Shown here: one piece after another, positions 12,601 through 20,466 of the stretch | How the letters are laid out: the number at the start of each line of letters is the position of its first letter | Numbering within the stretch: position 1 is the stretch's first letter | NCBI GenBank assembly: GCA_965222115.1 | Contig: CBDCTJ010000003.1 | Coordinates: forward strand, 448,001 to 512,000 | Direction of reading: 5' to 3' | Source of the DNA: Planctomycetota bacterium | GTDB lineage: Bacteria > Planctomycetota > PLA2 > JAEUHO01 | Length of the DNA: 64,000 nucleotides | The notes under the pieces: model-generated | Database searches by the model: none | The model's input: the letters and a program-made list of their open reading frames with translations, nothing else | What the model was told of the DNA's origin: nothing | Made by a program: the position numbers and the translations under genes

Positions 12601-12623
12601 ATCTTCTTGCTCTTGCTGGCCAT
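6639..12623 (-). CDS. Rhs/YD-repeat polymorphic toxin (signal/TM, propeller-like N-domain, DUF6531, YD repeats, Rhs core, C-terminal toxin)
   Basis: Many YD repeats; DUF6531-like VQYSTGEEVY..IPGRG..GRYGNSW; core FTGREFDAESGMYHYRARAYDPEAGRFLQRDPLG..DPFGL; about 133-aa basic tip at 6639-7040. Confidence 0.95.
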   Translation of the reverse strand: MASKSKKIRKSSKRMLQETPRRPWVQTPLGLAAVGCATYVLALLVLTGARHIRAEAGHNANPIVLTDFGMKDTSTTGNPKESYGLAGQAGGIYQVDNENRHAVSFASLKPAHSNNAVEQIDLDETSGDVIYGASDGEVVRFDMTTGTSTTVATVAGADFTVAAADNNSASTDAWAIDANTNELYKITNSGPTVSSSASFARGPTELAGPKPGNNNVVALGDGSAEIYRLDATLLVDYDDTFAGANVEPTGLAVADADYAYVSINDGSTAKVLQVDLRAATFGFISPVMGTYSNVSAVDISVAGPWVTVFMSDSTNNETTARVFDVGVPSSPLEVGSVELLSGYLPYGGGSTWLDGGDSFEKLQITWANLTQDMSVTNGREINDHMIFVNPSNVPPGGVFPTITAAASGAFNISAASCGGPCPPFDSTAQGPVEGPTPSAQSSPASVASVQYSTGEEVYIHRLVSIPGRGMDLDLTLTYRSRRDFKGRYGNSWFLNQDVRMQTETNGDMTYQSPYGRVDTYVKTGSTFVPPVHYDTTLAPSGANHTVTDRFGRVSTFNASGQRISLADRYGNTHTYTYVGDKLTQITDSLNRNVTLNYDATGRLSSLVDFGGRTWTFSYGYMGNLRTITTPASAQFTSGRTTRFSYSPNHAQTRLQSNLVDVESARHEIVQELEYDDNDMVVKETLGPGVYSISYDVPNKRTTVVDRAGNTTRWTFGSFAVPTEKKVYTKGLRTGEPTDFTTTYTVNATTGMTTAVVYPRGNRTDYTYDSSLNLTEVRHRTTDTSTNSGTDLVTSYQYTGQYNQVSQVTDPKGNVTSMTVDSSGNTTAVSRPTVTQPTSQAIAETFAYDSYGRITSATDAESRVTNFVYYTTGSQNGYLHKVIRDPGGLAITTTFQYDQYGNVTSVADPSGATTTITVDAENFVTQIQAPTPLNYKRKFTYDANRNLTLLETENRDKDGTLDPTTPWIETSYTYNEMGWRLTATQDLTSSSQAVTTYEYDGEGKVTKIRSPTGDETKVEYDERALLFKLTRGYGAAEASTIQVDYDANGNRSKTINGEGDATNFTYDLFDRATKRTNALSHYVSWTYDKNGNVLTAAAYNASNVLQSKTTNHFDEVNRLWKRVQDRFGSGLTPSYPTVTIQHDKTGRVTEIKDPLNNKTTYLYDNAGRQIKVQDAVGNETEWILDARGQATKIKRKDIPTAGGSETFETEFVYDALGRLTSRREIDRLNASNILTTNFSYDSRGNLTFRVDAEGSPVRWTYDLANRQTSYERALATGTSIDDFTNSILETASFDASGRMTSVTDDNLNTTSYSYDALSRVFKTTFADTKFVTRTFDKNDRVKTWTDQNGTVVTNTYDVLSRLTSRAVNRATGVLGTTSETYSYDALNRMLTAKDNDYEVQFTYDSVGNELKETQGYTVTGQEKWRTVTSTYTDAGSRSAIQYPSAFSVLHQRDAIYRMTAMVDSAASTNIASYTFQGAGRLAKTTNQNATTTDHGYDGFARLSQLDHKNGSSQSFHTFDYLYDKVHNRRMEKNSFNSTWINSLPTGIQPFLNARNGKGDVYAYDMAYRMVDTRYDVTNPATEVATPGSQTYVTKQIYTLDGLGNRSQTQQTPWGGSPTTVSYSFNAMNEYTAIGGTSRAHDSNGNLTDDGTQTYHYDYKNRLVEVRVNGSSTVIAKYKYDALGRRVEKHVVSGAVTTRYILDGQDIVEEFDGNNTWLARYFHEDRIDHPRAMDRADISDVDGDSNTSEILRFTYHQNALGSVSEISAPGGGVVEWVTYDVYGKAAVRNSVGTTQGSSYVGNPFLFTGREFDAESGMYHYRARAYDPEAGRFLQRDPLGYVDGLSPYQYATSNPASLTDPFGLWAIFSWLQHAAEKFAESIDWEGPYNDEFWREFWSEYRIAQLLHGATRLKKKGRVRQFGKAGGYEQAMADFEQLVDDEKPVVKRGKGEDKVCSGELPNGSTVSVRGKSTEGSPTVQVKRKGRVKGKPIKVRYPE

Positions 12624-12680
12624 GTCTAACCTCTATCTCGCTCACACTTTGCTTGATGGTTTCCGGTGATGCGTTTCGCC

Positions 12681-13916
12681 CTACTCGTCGATTTTGTCAA
12701 TGAGGTCGTACGCAGCCTTGGCTTGGGCTGCGACGGATTTGGTCGATGAATCCTTGTCGGTCTTCATGGTTTGAAGCCCGCCCTTGTCGCCATAAGCTGC
12801 AAGCGCTAAGGCAGCACCGAGACGGATCTTGAAGTTCTTGGAACCAAGCTCGGAAACGAATGTGCTCTTGACGTCGGACAGGTCCCACGGCTTCTCAGCG
12901 GCGGCGAGACGCAGCGCGAGCTCTTGTACGCGAACATCCGAATCGGATAGCAACGTCTTGACCGTGGACTTCTCGCTTGAGACCGCCTTCGCCTTCTGAA
13001 TGGCGCGAAGTGCCTCCAGCCGAACACGCGCGTCTTTGTCTTTCGCAAGCGTGACGAAGGTCGCGGTATTTCCAGACTCGCCCCTCGCACTAAGTGCCGC
13101 TGTGGCGTGCTCGCGCACGAACCCCGACGTGCTCTTGACAAGCGTCTTGAGTTCTGAAGAGGCCGAACTTGCATTGCTGCCCGTGACTTCGCCAAGACAG
13201 CGCATCGCGAGAACTCGATCTCGATCTTCGCGCTTAGTGTCCACGGCGATCGCTGCGAGCTTGCCGGGGCCAGACGTTGGAATGAACCCAAGCGTACGAA
13301 TGGCCGCGAGTTTCGTGAGCCCGGAACTTGCCGCTGCGGCCTCCAGGGCCTTTGCGCCCGCGCCCGTGGTTCCCTTGAGCGCACGCGCTGCACGAGCCTT
13401 GACGCCATCGGCTACGCGATCATCGGCAAGAACGTCTGCAAGCTCAGCAACGAGCTTGTCGCGTGCCTTAGGCGCCTTCTGAAGAATCAGCGCGGCGCTG
13501 GCTGCAATGTTGGCGTTGTCACTTGCTAAGAGATCACGAAGTGCGCTCACATGATCACCACCCACAGGTAGCTTTGAAAGGGAGCGCACAAGACCGGCGC
13601 GTGTGACGGCGGAGTGTTTGCCTGCAAGTTCGTCCAAGAGCTTTGTAGCCTGCTTGCTACCGCCCTTTCCCAACCGGTCGCTTGCGTCTTGGCGCTTTTG
13701 GGCATCGACATTGGATAAGAGCGCCAAATCAGCTTCATACGGCGAAGGAGCAGCGGTAATTACCGCAGCGACAAGCGCAACAAGCATCACACCGGCGACA
13801 GGTGCAGCGCGCCTCACCTTCTGCGCGCGATTAACACGACCCGAGGAACCGACTTCACGCTCGCGGCTCCGATTTGGCTCGCGATTCCCCTTCTTATCCA
13901 ATGTGTCGTTGGTCAT
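12681..13916 (-). CDS. Exported HEAT-repeat protein, co-oriented upstream of Rhs
   Basis: Hydrophobic signal segment; repeated LxDxDxxVRxxAxxAL HEAT motifs; 57 bp from the Rhs start. Confidence 0.85.
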   Translation of the reverse strand: MTNDTLDKKGNREPNRSREREVGSSGRVNRAQKVRRAAPVAGVMLVALVAAVITAAPSPYEADLALLSNVDAQKRQDASDRLGKGGSKQATKLLDELAGKHSAVTRAGLVRSLSKLPVGGDHVSALRDLLASDNANIAASAALILQKAPKARDKLVAELADVLADDRVADGVKARAARALKGTTGAGAKALEAAAASSGLTKLAAIRTLGFIPTSGPGKLAAIAVDTKREDRDRVLAMRCLGEVTGSNASSASSELKTLVKSTSGFVREHATAALSARGESGNTATFVTLAKDKDARVRLEALRAIQKAKAVSSEKSTVKTLLSDSDVRVQELALRLAAAEKPWDLSDVKSTFVSELGSKNFKIRLGAALALAAYGDKGGLQTMKTDKDSSTKSVAAQAKAAYDLIDKIDE

Positions 13917-14323
13917 CTGTGCCCCCTAACCGGGGAAGCTATCCACTCCGCGATTGGCGCGGATACGTACCCCAACGTGTGACTGTCGCTCGTTGCGGAG
14001 AAAACGAGGAACACGGCGACTTGCGCGTGCTTCTCGACAGCGCGAAATCGACACTAGAGACATGCGCGGCCGGTGGCGCGGAAATTCTCAACGTTTTTTA
14101 CAAAGAAAACAACCGTGTTCTTACCAGCACGCCGCGTGTGAACGACGCGTCAATCACGCTCAAAGATAGCTTGCTTGCGGCTTTGCGAGTTTGGAACACC
14201 GTTTGATGTTGCAGGTTCTTATGAGACGTACGACGTGACACAACAAACACGAGTGCGTGACATTTGTCGACATAGGAACGCATGCAGATGAAATACGCGC
14301 GCAGCCGATGTTGCACATCTCCG

Positions 14324-14430
14324 CCGCCCCTGCAGGGCGGGTCCTTTAGAGAGGGACGTTTACCCAGGGTTCCGCGTCGCTGCGCTTGCGCTCCACCCTG
14401 GGCTACTGATCCGTGGCCCCTAACGGGGCC
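14324..14430. repeat. REP-like composite palindrome
   Basis: Hairpins ccgccc..gggcgg, cccagggt..accctggg and ggcccc-taac-ggggcc in series; a second REP-like cagggctcgcttcgctcaccct lies near 14601-14622. Confidence 0.55.
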
Positions 14431-14694
14431 GTTGACATTGTTGTGGAGCGCGACCGGCGATGGCGGACGCGTCTGAGGCATTGCGTCGTGCGCGTCAACA
14501 GATTTAAGTAACTCGTGTGGGGTCGCCGTGTGTGACCCATCTACGCGCCTCTTGATTCGGTCCTTCGATGCGCACTGCGCGAATCAGAGATTCGCTTGCA
14601 CAGGGCTCGCTTCGCTCACCCTTGACTAACAGCTTTGTCTCCTTCGGAGCCATATCCCTTTAATGGCCCCAATGCGCGCGGCGGCCGTGTACGA

Positions 14695-15170
14695 GGCCGC
14701 TCTTGGTGAACTTGGTGTCCTTGGTGAGATCCTCTTCTTCAAGTAGCGTCCCGCCACCAGAGTTGCACGTCACCGCCAAGAGGCGCCCCAAAACGCTTGC
14801 GCTCCGTTGCTTAGTTTCTTCGTGTGCCCATTCTTGAAACGATTTGCTTGCGACCCATTCCGCATCCAAACAAATCGCGTCCATTAACGCTTGCGCCTCT
14901 GCGCGCGGCAAATGCGACTTCTCCGAAAGTTCCCCGCTCTTCGGCTGCGCTTGGTGGCCTTGGTGAGAGCCTTCTTCCTTCCAAGCAGTGCCCCGTATCC
15001 AACCGCGCACGCCCTCGCCATACCGCGCTAACCGTCGCTTGCGCCTTAGTGCCTTCGTTTCTTCGTGTGAGCAATTCAAGAGCGACCTACTTGCAACCCA
15101 CTCCACGACTTCACAGTTCGCGTTCACCGTCGCTTGCGGCCCCGCGCTCTTTGCGGCTCTGCGTGAAATT
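14695..15170. repeat. Degenerate tandem duplication of a ~240-bp unit made of short CTTGGTG/CTTCGTG/CTCTGCG-type repeats
   Basis: Paired motifs at offsets 239-243: cttggtg.ccttggtgaga 14711/14950, tttcttcgtgtg 14815/15058, cttgc.accca.tcc 14847/15090, cgcttgcg 14888/15131. Confidence 0.7.
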
Positions 15171-15315
15171 AAATTATAGGAGTCTACGAATTCATACGGC
15201 GTGACATGCAAGGAATGGCACTCAGGACAGGGTTAAGAGACAGCTTAAGATTCAGATTCGGATGAGGTGAGAGGTCGGGCGTGGGGATTGATTTGGGGAA
15301 CAACCTGAGTGACTG

Positions 15316-16362
15316 TTACGCCCCAGATGCGGCCGGTTCGCGGTAGAGACGGCGGGCAGCCGACATGCGTTCCTGGTATTGCACGGCCACCGCCTGGGGT
15401 GAAACCACTTTGGCGCGTTGGCCCATTTCGGAGAGCCAGCGAAAGAGGCCTTCTTTGCTCTTCACTTTGACGGTGAAGACGCCTGTGCCATCGGGGTTCT
15501 CGACAAGCGTGCCCGCGCCGCGGCGGCGGCGTTTCATGAGCCAGGTGGCGACGTCGTCGAGTTCGATGCGCGCGGTGAACTCGGGACCATCGGGGATTTC
15601 GAATTCCTCGCGATGGATGTGATGGGAGATATCGAAGTCGTCGGGGACTACGTAGGCGTCGTCTTTCTTGTCGATGACTTTGATCTTGCCGCGGATGCGA
15701 TCGAGGCGGAAGTTTCGAAGTTCGCCGCGGTCCTCGTCAAAGGCCACCATGTACCAATTGCCGTCCACCAGACCGAGGCCATACGGACGCACGATTCGTT
15801 GACCGGTGCGATCGGCATCGACGGTGTGGTATTGAAACTTCACACGCCGACGACGACCCACACACTCGCCCAATTGCGCCATGTGCTGGCGACCGGGATC
15901 GCGCTGCGGACGCCCAAGGCTCAATAGATGCTGCTCCCCCACCGACGTACGCAGGGGCTCAGGTAGTTGGCTATCGATGGTGAGCTTGGCACATGCCGAC
16001 TTGAGATTGCGGCCCAAGGTGTCGTCTACGACGCCAAGCGTGCGCTGAAGCACGGCCAAGAGCATCGCATCTTCCGGTTCGAGCTTAGTTTCCTTCATAA
16101 AGTAGCCGCGGGGATCAATGACATAGCCCGCGCGACCGAAGACATCGCTTGCGACATATTCAATGTTTACGCCAATGCCACGCAGGTCGGCCTTGTCTCG
16201 ATCGAAACGCTTCTCAACCGCATCGACGCTTGCGCCGTCGTCGTAGCCCACAACCTTGCCGCGAATGGCGGAGAACGGAACCGGCGCGCGCGCGGAGAGC
16301 AGGTAGGAAACGAGATTGAGCTGGCGTTCGAGCTTGAGTACTTTCGGATCGCTCTTCGTCAC
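15316..16362 (-). CDS. HTH-WYL-WCX transcriptional regulator (PafB/PafC-like)
   Basis: ERQLNLVSYLL, KRFDRDKADLRGIG, RIVRPYGL..WYMVAFD..RNFRLDRI; GTG start overlaps the MATE stop (GTGA) with an AAGGAG RBS. Confidence 0.9.
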   Translation of the reverse strand: MTKSDPKVLKLERQLNLVSYLLSARAPVPFSAIRGKVVGYDDGASVDAVEKRFDRDKADLRGIGVNIEYVASDVFGRAGYVIDPRGYFMKETKLEPEDAMLLAVLQRTLGVVDDTLGRNLKSACAKLTIDSQLPEPLRTSVGEQHLLSLGRPQRDPGRQHMAQLGECVGRRRRVKFQYHTVDADRTGQRIVRPYGLGLVDGNWYMVAFDEDRGELRNFRLDRIRGKIKVIDKKDDAYVVPDDFDISHHIHREEFEIPDGPEFTARIELDDVATWLMKRRRRGAGTLVENPDGTGVFTVKVKSKEGLFRWLSEMGQRAKVVSPQAVAVQYQERMSAARRLYREPAASGA

Positions 16363-17876
16363 GTCAGCTCCTTCTTCGCCCATGGGCCAAACCGGAACCA
16401 TAGCACATACACAACCGCCACGGCTAGGTGGATCGCAACCGCTGAAAGCCACACACCGCGAAAGCCCCACACGTCGGCGCGCTCGGCCACGTATTGCGTA
16501 AGCGGATAGCCCACGGCGCCATAGGCCACAATCTCGACAAGCAGCGGAAACTTGGTAGCACCTGCGCCGGCCAATGCCTGGGAGATGACCACCGCCACCG
16601 CCAAGAACACAAAACCGCTCGATGTCACATAGAGATAGGTCCGTCCAATGTCTTTCACGCGATCGGAGTTGGTGTCTGCGCTCACATCAAAGCCCATCAC
16701 GCCGAGCAATTGATCGGCAAAGAGCACATACGTCGCCGCGAATAGCAACATCATTGCAATGTTGAGCCCAAGCGCGATCCATGACGCCCGAATCGCCCGA
16801 TCGGGCCTGCCACGCCCGAGATGTTGACCCACAAGCGTCGCTGCAGCAGCGCCCCATCCGAATCCACTAAACAGCGCCAAACTGTCGAGTCGCAGGCCAA
16901 CCCCAAACGCGGCCTGCGCATCGGTTACAAGGTCTCGCTGATACCCCGCAATAGCCGCGACTGCCATCTCGGTCTTCTCAGCGGTTGCCATTGCGATTTT
17001 CTTCGCGGCGACATCCACAAACTTGAGCGTGTAGAGATAGGCGGTCATGCGCACGAGCCATTGCCCGCACGACGGAATGCCGATGCGCAACGTCTGCCAC
17101 AGGATCTTCCAGTGCACGAGCCAGCGACGAATGCGAATGCCTTTGAAGCCGCGATAGAGCAGCCACAGGCCGGCCACACAGAAGATGGCGCGCGCCACAA
17201 TCGTTGCCCACGCCGCCCCCGCAACGCCCATTGGCGGGAGGCCGAAACCGCCAAAGATGAACCAAATGTCGAGGATCACATTGAGCAAGTTGGCGCCGCC
17301 CAGCAAAATCAGCGGAACGAGGCTGTTGCCCACCGCACGCAACGCGCCGGTCACTTGCAGCAGCAGGAACATGGTGATGGTGCCCGCGCTCATAATGGCG
17401 AGGTAGTCGGTGGCAGGCCCTACCACAGGTCCCTTGGCACCCAGCGCGATACAGATGTCTTCAGCAAAGAGCCACGGCGGAATGCCGAATAGCAAACTCA
17501 TAGCAATGGTAAGGATTAGCCCTTGCCCCACCGCCACGTTGGCTCGTCCATAGCGGCCCAAACCATGAAAGCGCGCCACGAGCGCGATCATCGCGTTCAC
17601 AATCCCATTGAAGATAATGATGGGAATGGAGTTGACGAGTGAGCCAATGGTCACGGCGGCAACGGCAATCTGTGTCTCGGGCATGCGCGCCACGATGTAG
17701 AGATCGACGAGGTTGAAGACCGAACCCAACGCCATGGCGACGACGAGCGGCGTACCAAACGAGAGCGTTGCCTTGAGCAACGGGACGTCGGTGAGAGACG
17801 TGGCGGGTTGCTTGGGCCTGCTCGGCCGTTCGGGCTGCCCGGTGGAGGACGCGGCTGTTGCGTTCGCGTCGCTCAC
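16359..17876 (-). CDS. MATE family efflux transporter
   Basis: About 12 TM; LRAVGNSLVPL, LNVILDIWFIFGGFGLPPMGVAGAAWAT, VGQHLGRG motifs. Confidence 0.92.
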   Translation of the reverse strand: MSDANATAASSTGQPERPSRPKQPATSLTDVPLLKATLSFGTPLVVAMALGSVFNLVDLYIVARMPETQIAVAAVTIGSLVNSIPIIIFNGIVNAMIALVARFHGLGRYGRANVAVGQGLILTIAMSLLFGIPPWLFAEDICIALGAKGPVVGPATDYLAIMSAGTITMFLLLQVTGALRAVGNSLVPLILLGGANLLNVILDIWFIFGGFGLPPMGVAGAAWATIVARAIFCVAGLWLLYRGFKGIRIRRWLVHWKILWQTLRIGIPSCGQWLVRMTAYLYTLKFVDVAAKKIAMATAEKTEMAVAAIAGYQRDLVTDAQAAFGVGLRLDSLALFSGFGWGAAAATLVGQHLGRGRPDRAIRASWIALGLNIAMMLLFAATYVLFADQLLGVMGFDVSADTNSDRVKDIGRTYLYVTSSGFVFLAVAVVISQALAGAGATKFPLLVEIVAYGAVGYPLTQYVAERADVWGFRGVWLSAVAIHLAVAVVYVLWFRFGPWAKKELT

Positions 17877-17999
17877 GTTGGGTGCTCCAGCGGTTCGGCG
17901 GTCTCAAGCACGACGCCGACACGCACACATGTCAAGACGTCGCGAATATCCTACGGCGCGCCCCGCAAGTTCGCGGAAATGCTTACGACCTCAGTCGCA

Positions 18000-19106
18000 T
18001 TAGACGAGCGACAAAGCGTCCACGCAGTCGAGTCCGAATGCCTGTGCCACACCTTCATGCGTGACTTTACCCTTCCACACATTGAGAGCGCCACGCAAGT
18101 ACTCGTTCTTGAGGGCATTTGCGGGACCGACGCGCGCAAGTTTGCGCACCCACGGCAGCGTGGCATTGGTGAGCGCGTAGGCCGACGTTCGCGCCACAGC
18201 GCCGGGCATGTTCGCCACGCCGTAGTGAACGATGCCATCGACGATGTAGGTTGGATCCTGGTGGGTCGTGGCCTTGATGGTTTCCACGCAGCCGCCCTGA
18301 TCGATCGCCACATCGACGATGACTGCGCCGGGCCGCATTTCTTTCAGGTAACTGCGCGGCACAAGCGTGGGCGCGCGCGCACCTTCAAGCAACACCGCGC
18401 CGATCACCACATCGCAGTGACGAATGCGCTGGCGAATCGCCTGCGGACTCGAAAAGATCGTCGTCACATTGGCGGGCATCACGTCATCGAGATAACGAAG
18501 GCGTTTCAAGTCAATGTCGAGAATGGTGACATTGGCCCCCATGCCCGCCGCCATTTTGGCCGCGTTTGTACCCACCGCACCGCCACCAATAATCATGACG
18601 TCCGCGGGATCGACCCCCGGCACCCCACCCATCAGGACACCACGTCCGCCGTTCTTCTTTTCTAGCGCCCACGCTGCGGCTTGAATCGCAAGTCGCCCCG
18701 CGACTTCTGACATGGGATCGAGCAAAGGCAGCTCGCCGTCCACTTCGAGCGTTTCGTAGGTAAAGCACGCAGAGCCAGCCTTCAACATGGCGTCGGTCAA
18801 CTGTTTCGACGCCGCGAAATGAAAATAGGTAAAGAGCGTGAGATCAGGCCGACAGAGCGGATACTCGTCGGGAAGCGGCTCCTTTACCTTCACGATCATT
18901 TCGGCCGTGTCCCACACTTCCTTTGCGGTGTCGAGCATCTTCGCGCCAGCGCGAACATACTCGGCATCGTCGATGCCACTGCCGATTCCTGCCGACTTTT
19001 GTACGAAGACATCGTGCCCATCGGCAACGAGTTGCTCCACGCCCGCTGTCACGACCGCCACGCGGTTCTCTTGCGCCTTGATCTCTTTCGGTACGCCGAT
19101 CTTCAT
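18000..19106 (-). CDS. ald: Alanine dehydrogenase
   Basis: MKIGVPKEIK..ENRV, VKVKEP, PMSEVAGR, GGGAVG, DVAIDQGGC, YGVANMPGAVARTS. Confidence 0.97.
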   Translation of the reverse strand: MKIGVPKEIKAQENRVAVVTAGVEQLVADGHDVFVQKSAGIGSGIDDAEYVRAGAKMLDTAKEVWDTAEMIVKVKEPLPDEYPLCRPDLTLFTYFHFAASKQLTDAMLKAGSACFTYETLEVDGELPLLDPMSEVAGRLAIQAAAWALEKKNGGRGVLMGGVPGVDPADVMIIGGGAVGTNAAKMAAGMGANVTILDIDLKRLRYLDDVMPANVTTIFSSPQAIRQRIRHCDVVIGAVLLEGARAPTLVPRSYLKEMRPGAVIVDVAIDQGGCVETIKATTHQDPTYIVDGIVHYGVANMPGAVARTSAYALTNATLPWVRKLARVGPANALKNEYLRGALNVWKGKVTHEGVAQAFGLDCVDALSLV

Positions 19107-19193
19107 CGCCAACGCTCCCTGCGCCTACCGCGCCGTCGCCAAAGGTGCGCGAAGTATAGGCAAGGGCGCTACGCGAGAAGCAGAGAAGATGGG

Positions 19194-19386
19194 GCGCGGA
19201 CCCCGTGAATAGCCGACTGCGACCAGGCGAAGTTGCCCGGGGGGCTCTTTCGTCCCGGCGGCGCACTCACCGAGAAATCAGGGCCGGCTCGAGTGCCCGT
19301 CAGAACGCATCGCAAGCTAGAGCGATGTCCCTAGATCCCGGAGGACCATGGGATCCCGGTTAGTTCACCTCGCTACACGGAGGCGC
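19194..19386 (-). ncRNA. Candidate structured ncRNA (6S-like rod, about 190 nt)
   Basis: Intergenic; ends pair as a long interrupted stem (ctccgtg/cacgggg, tagc/gcta, aggtgaa/ttcgcct, ccggg/cccgg) enclosing hairpins gatccc/gggatc, catcgc/gcgatg, gcactc/gagtgc; strand uncertain. Confidence 0.4.
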
Positions 19387-19428
19387 ACATGAACGTTGAT
19401 CGAATGGGTTGATCGAATCGCTGGTGCG

Positions 19429-20223
19429 CTATCGCCCGCGACGACCATTATTCCGGCGGCCGGAGGTGCGCATGCCGCCGCCAAACATACGACCGACATT
19501 GCTGTTGGAGATCTTTTCGGCGTCGGCGGTGGAGACGAGTTCCGCAACCTTGTCGTCGAACTCTTTCTTGACGGATTGCAACATTTCGCGCCGCTTTTCT
19601 CGCGTCTCATCGTTGCGCATCATGCCCATCGTCTCGCGCATGACGTCGCGCGCTTTGGATTGGTACTCGAGGGCGAGGTCGATGACGGCTTCTTCTTGCT
19701 CGGCCGAGAGGTTGACATCCTGCGCCTTGAGCATGCGCGCATACCCTTCGCGCCGACGCCTTTCGCGTTGACGACGCTGCGCTTCCTCCATATAGGCCGT
19801 AAAACGCTCAATCGAACTGTCGTCAAACACAGGCTCATCGGTCGTGCCTGCGGGCGCAGCCAATCCGATTTCACCACCCGCCGGCACATCCGAGGATGCA
19901 TTCGATCCAGTACTTCCGGAATCTTCAGTCCGCATGCGCGTGAGTAACGCAATCTGACGCTTCAATTCTTCGAGCTGCATCGAGTGCTTGGCGATCATGG
20001 CTTCGGTGCGATTGCCTTCAAGCCCGGTTCCGTCGGGCGCCGCGTGCAGCGTTTCATTGGTTTCGTCACCTGAATCTTTGTCTTCGATGTGATCGGTAAC
20101 GGCATCTTCGTGATGATGTGCGGGCGGGGGCTCGGACGATTTCACGGCGTCATAAACAACAATCCCGCCACCCACGAGTGCGAGCTGCAACAGAATCTGA
20201 AGTGGAATGCTCATCGAATTCAC
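19429..20223 (-). CDS. Membrane-anchored coiled-coil hypothetical protein
   Basis: N-terminal TM, charged helical body, GR-rich tail. Confidence 0.7.
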   Translation of the reverse strand: MNSMSIPLQILLQLALVGGGIVVYDAVKSSEPPPAHHHEDAVTDHIEDKDSGDETNETLHAAPDGTGLEGNRTEAMIAKHSMQLEELKRQIALLTRMRTEDSGSTGSNASSDVPAGGEIGLAAPAGTTDEPVFDDSSIERFTAYMEEAQRRQRERRRREGYARMLKAQDVNLSAEQEEAVIDLALEYQSKARDVMRETMGMMRNDETREKRREMLQSVKKEFDDKVAELVSTADAEKISNSNVGRMFGGGMRTSGRRNNGRRGR

Positions 20224-20466
20224 CTTTCGGGACCTGGCCTGTCATGCGCGGGCGTCCGTACTGGGACAGCCCACACGCGTCCAGTTAGACGACGATCTTA
20301 ACCGCCTATTGTCCCCCTGAACCCCGCGCCGCGCCCTAAGTTTCGCCAAAATGCTCCTCAAACACCCCACACACCCCCATAAATCTGGGCCCGAGGCCCC
20401 ATCCGTCCGCGACCAATCGCCCTCAGCGAAACCCGCAAATTAGTGCCGGGTGATCTTTTGCGGGGT

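Noticed and set aside
7443-12703. Numerous long plus-strand ORFs opposite Rhs and other genes
   Set aside because: Antisense shadows typical of high-GC coding DNA
14660-15211. 183-aa ORF with internal repeat
   Set aside because: Explained by the DNA-level repeat; no RBS or protein motif
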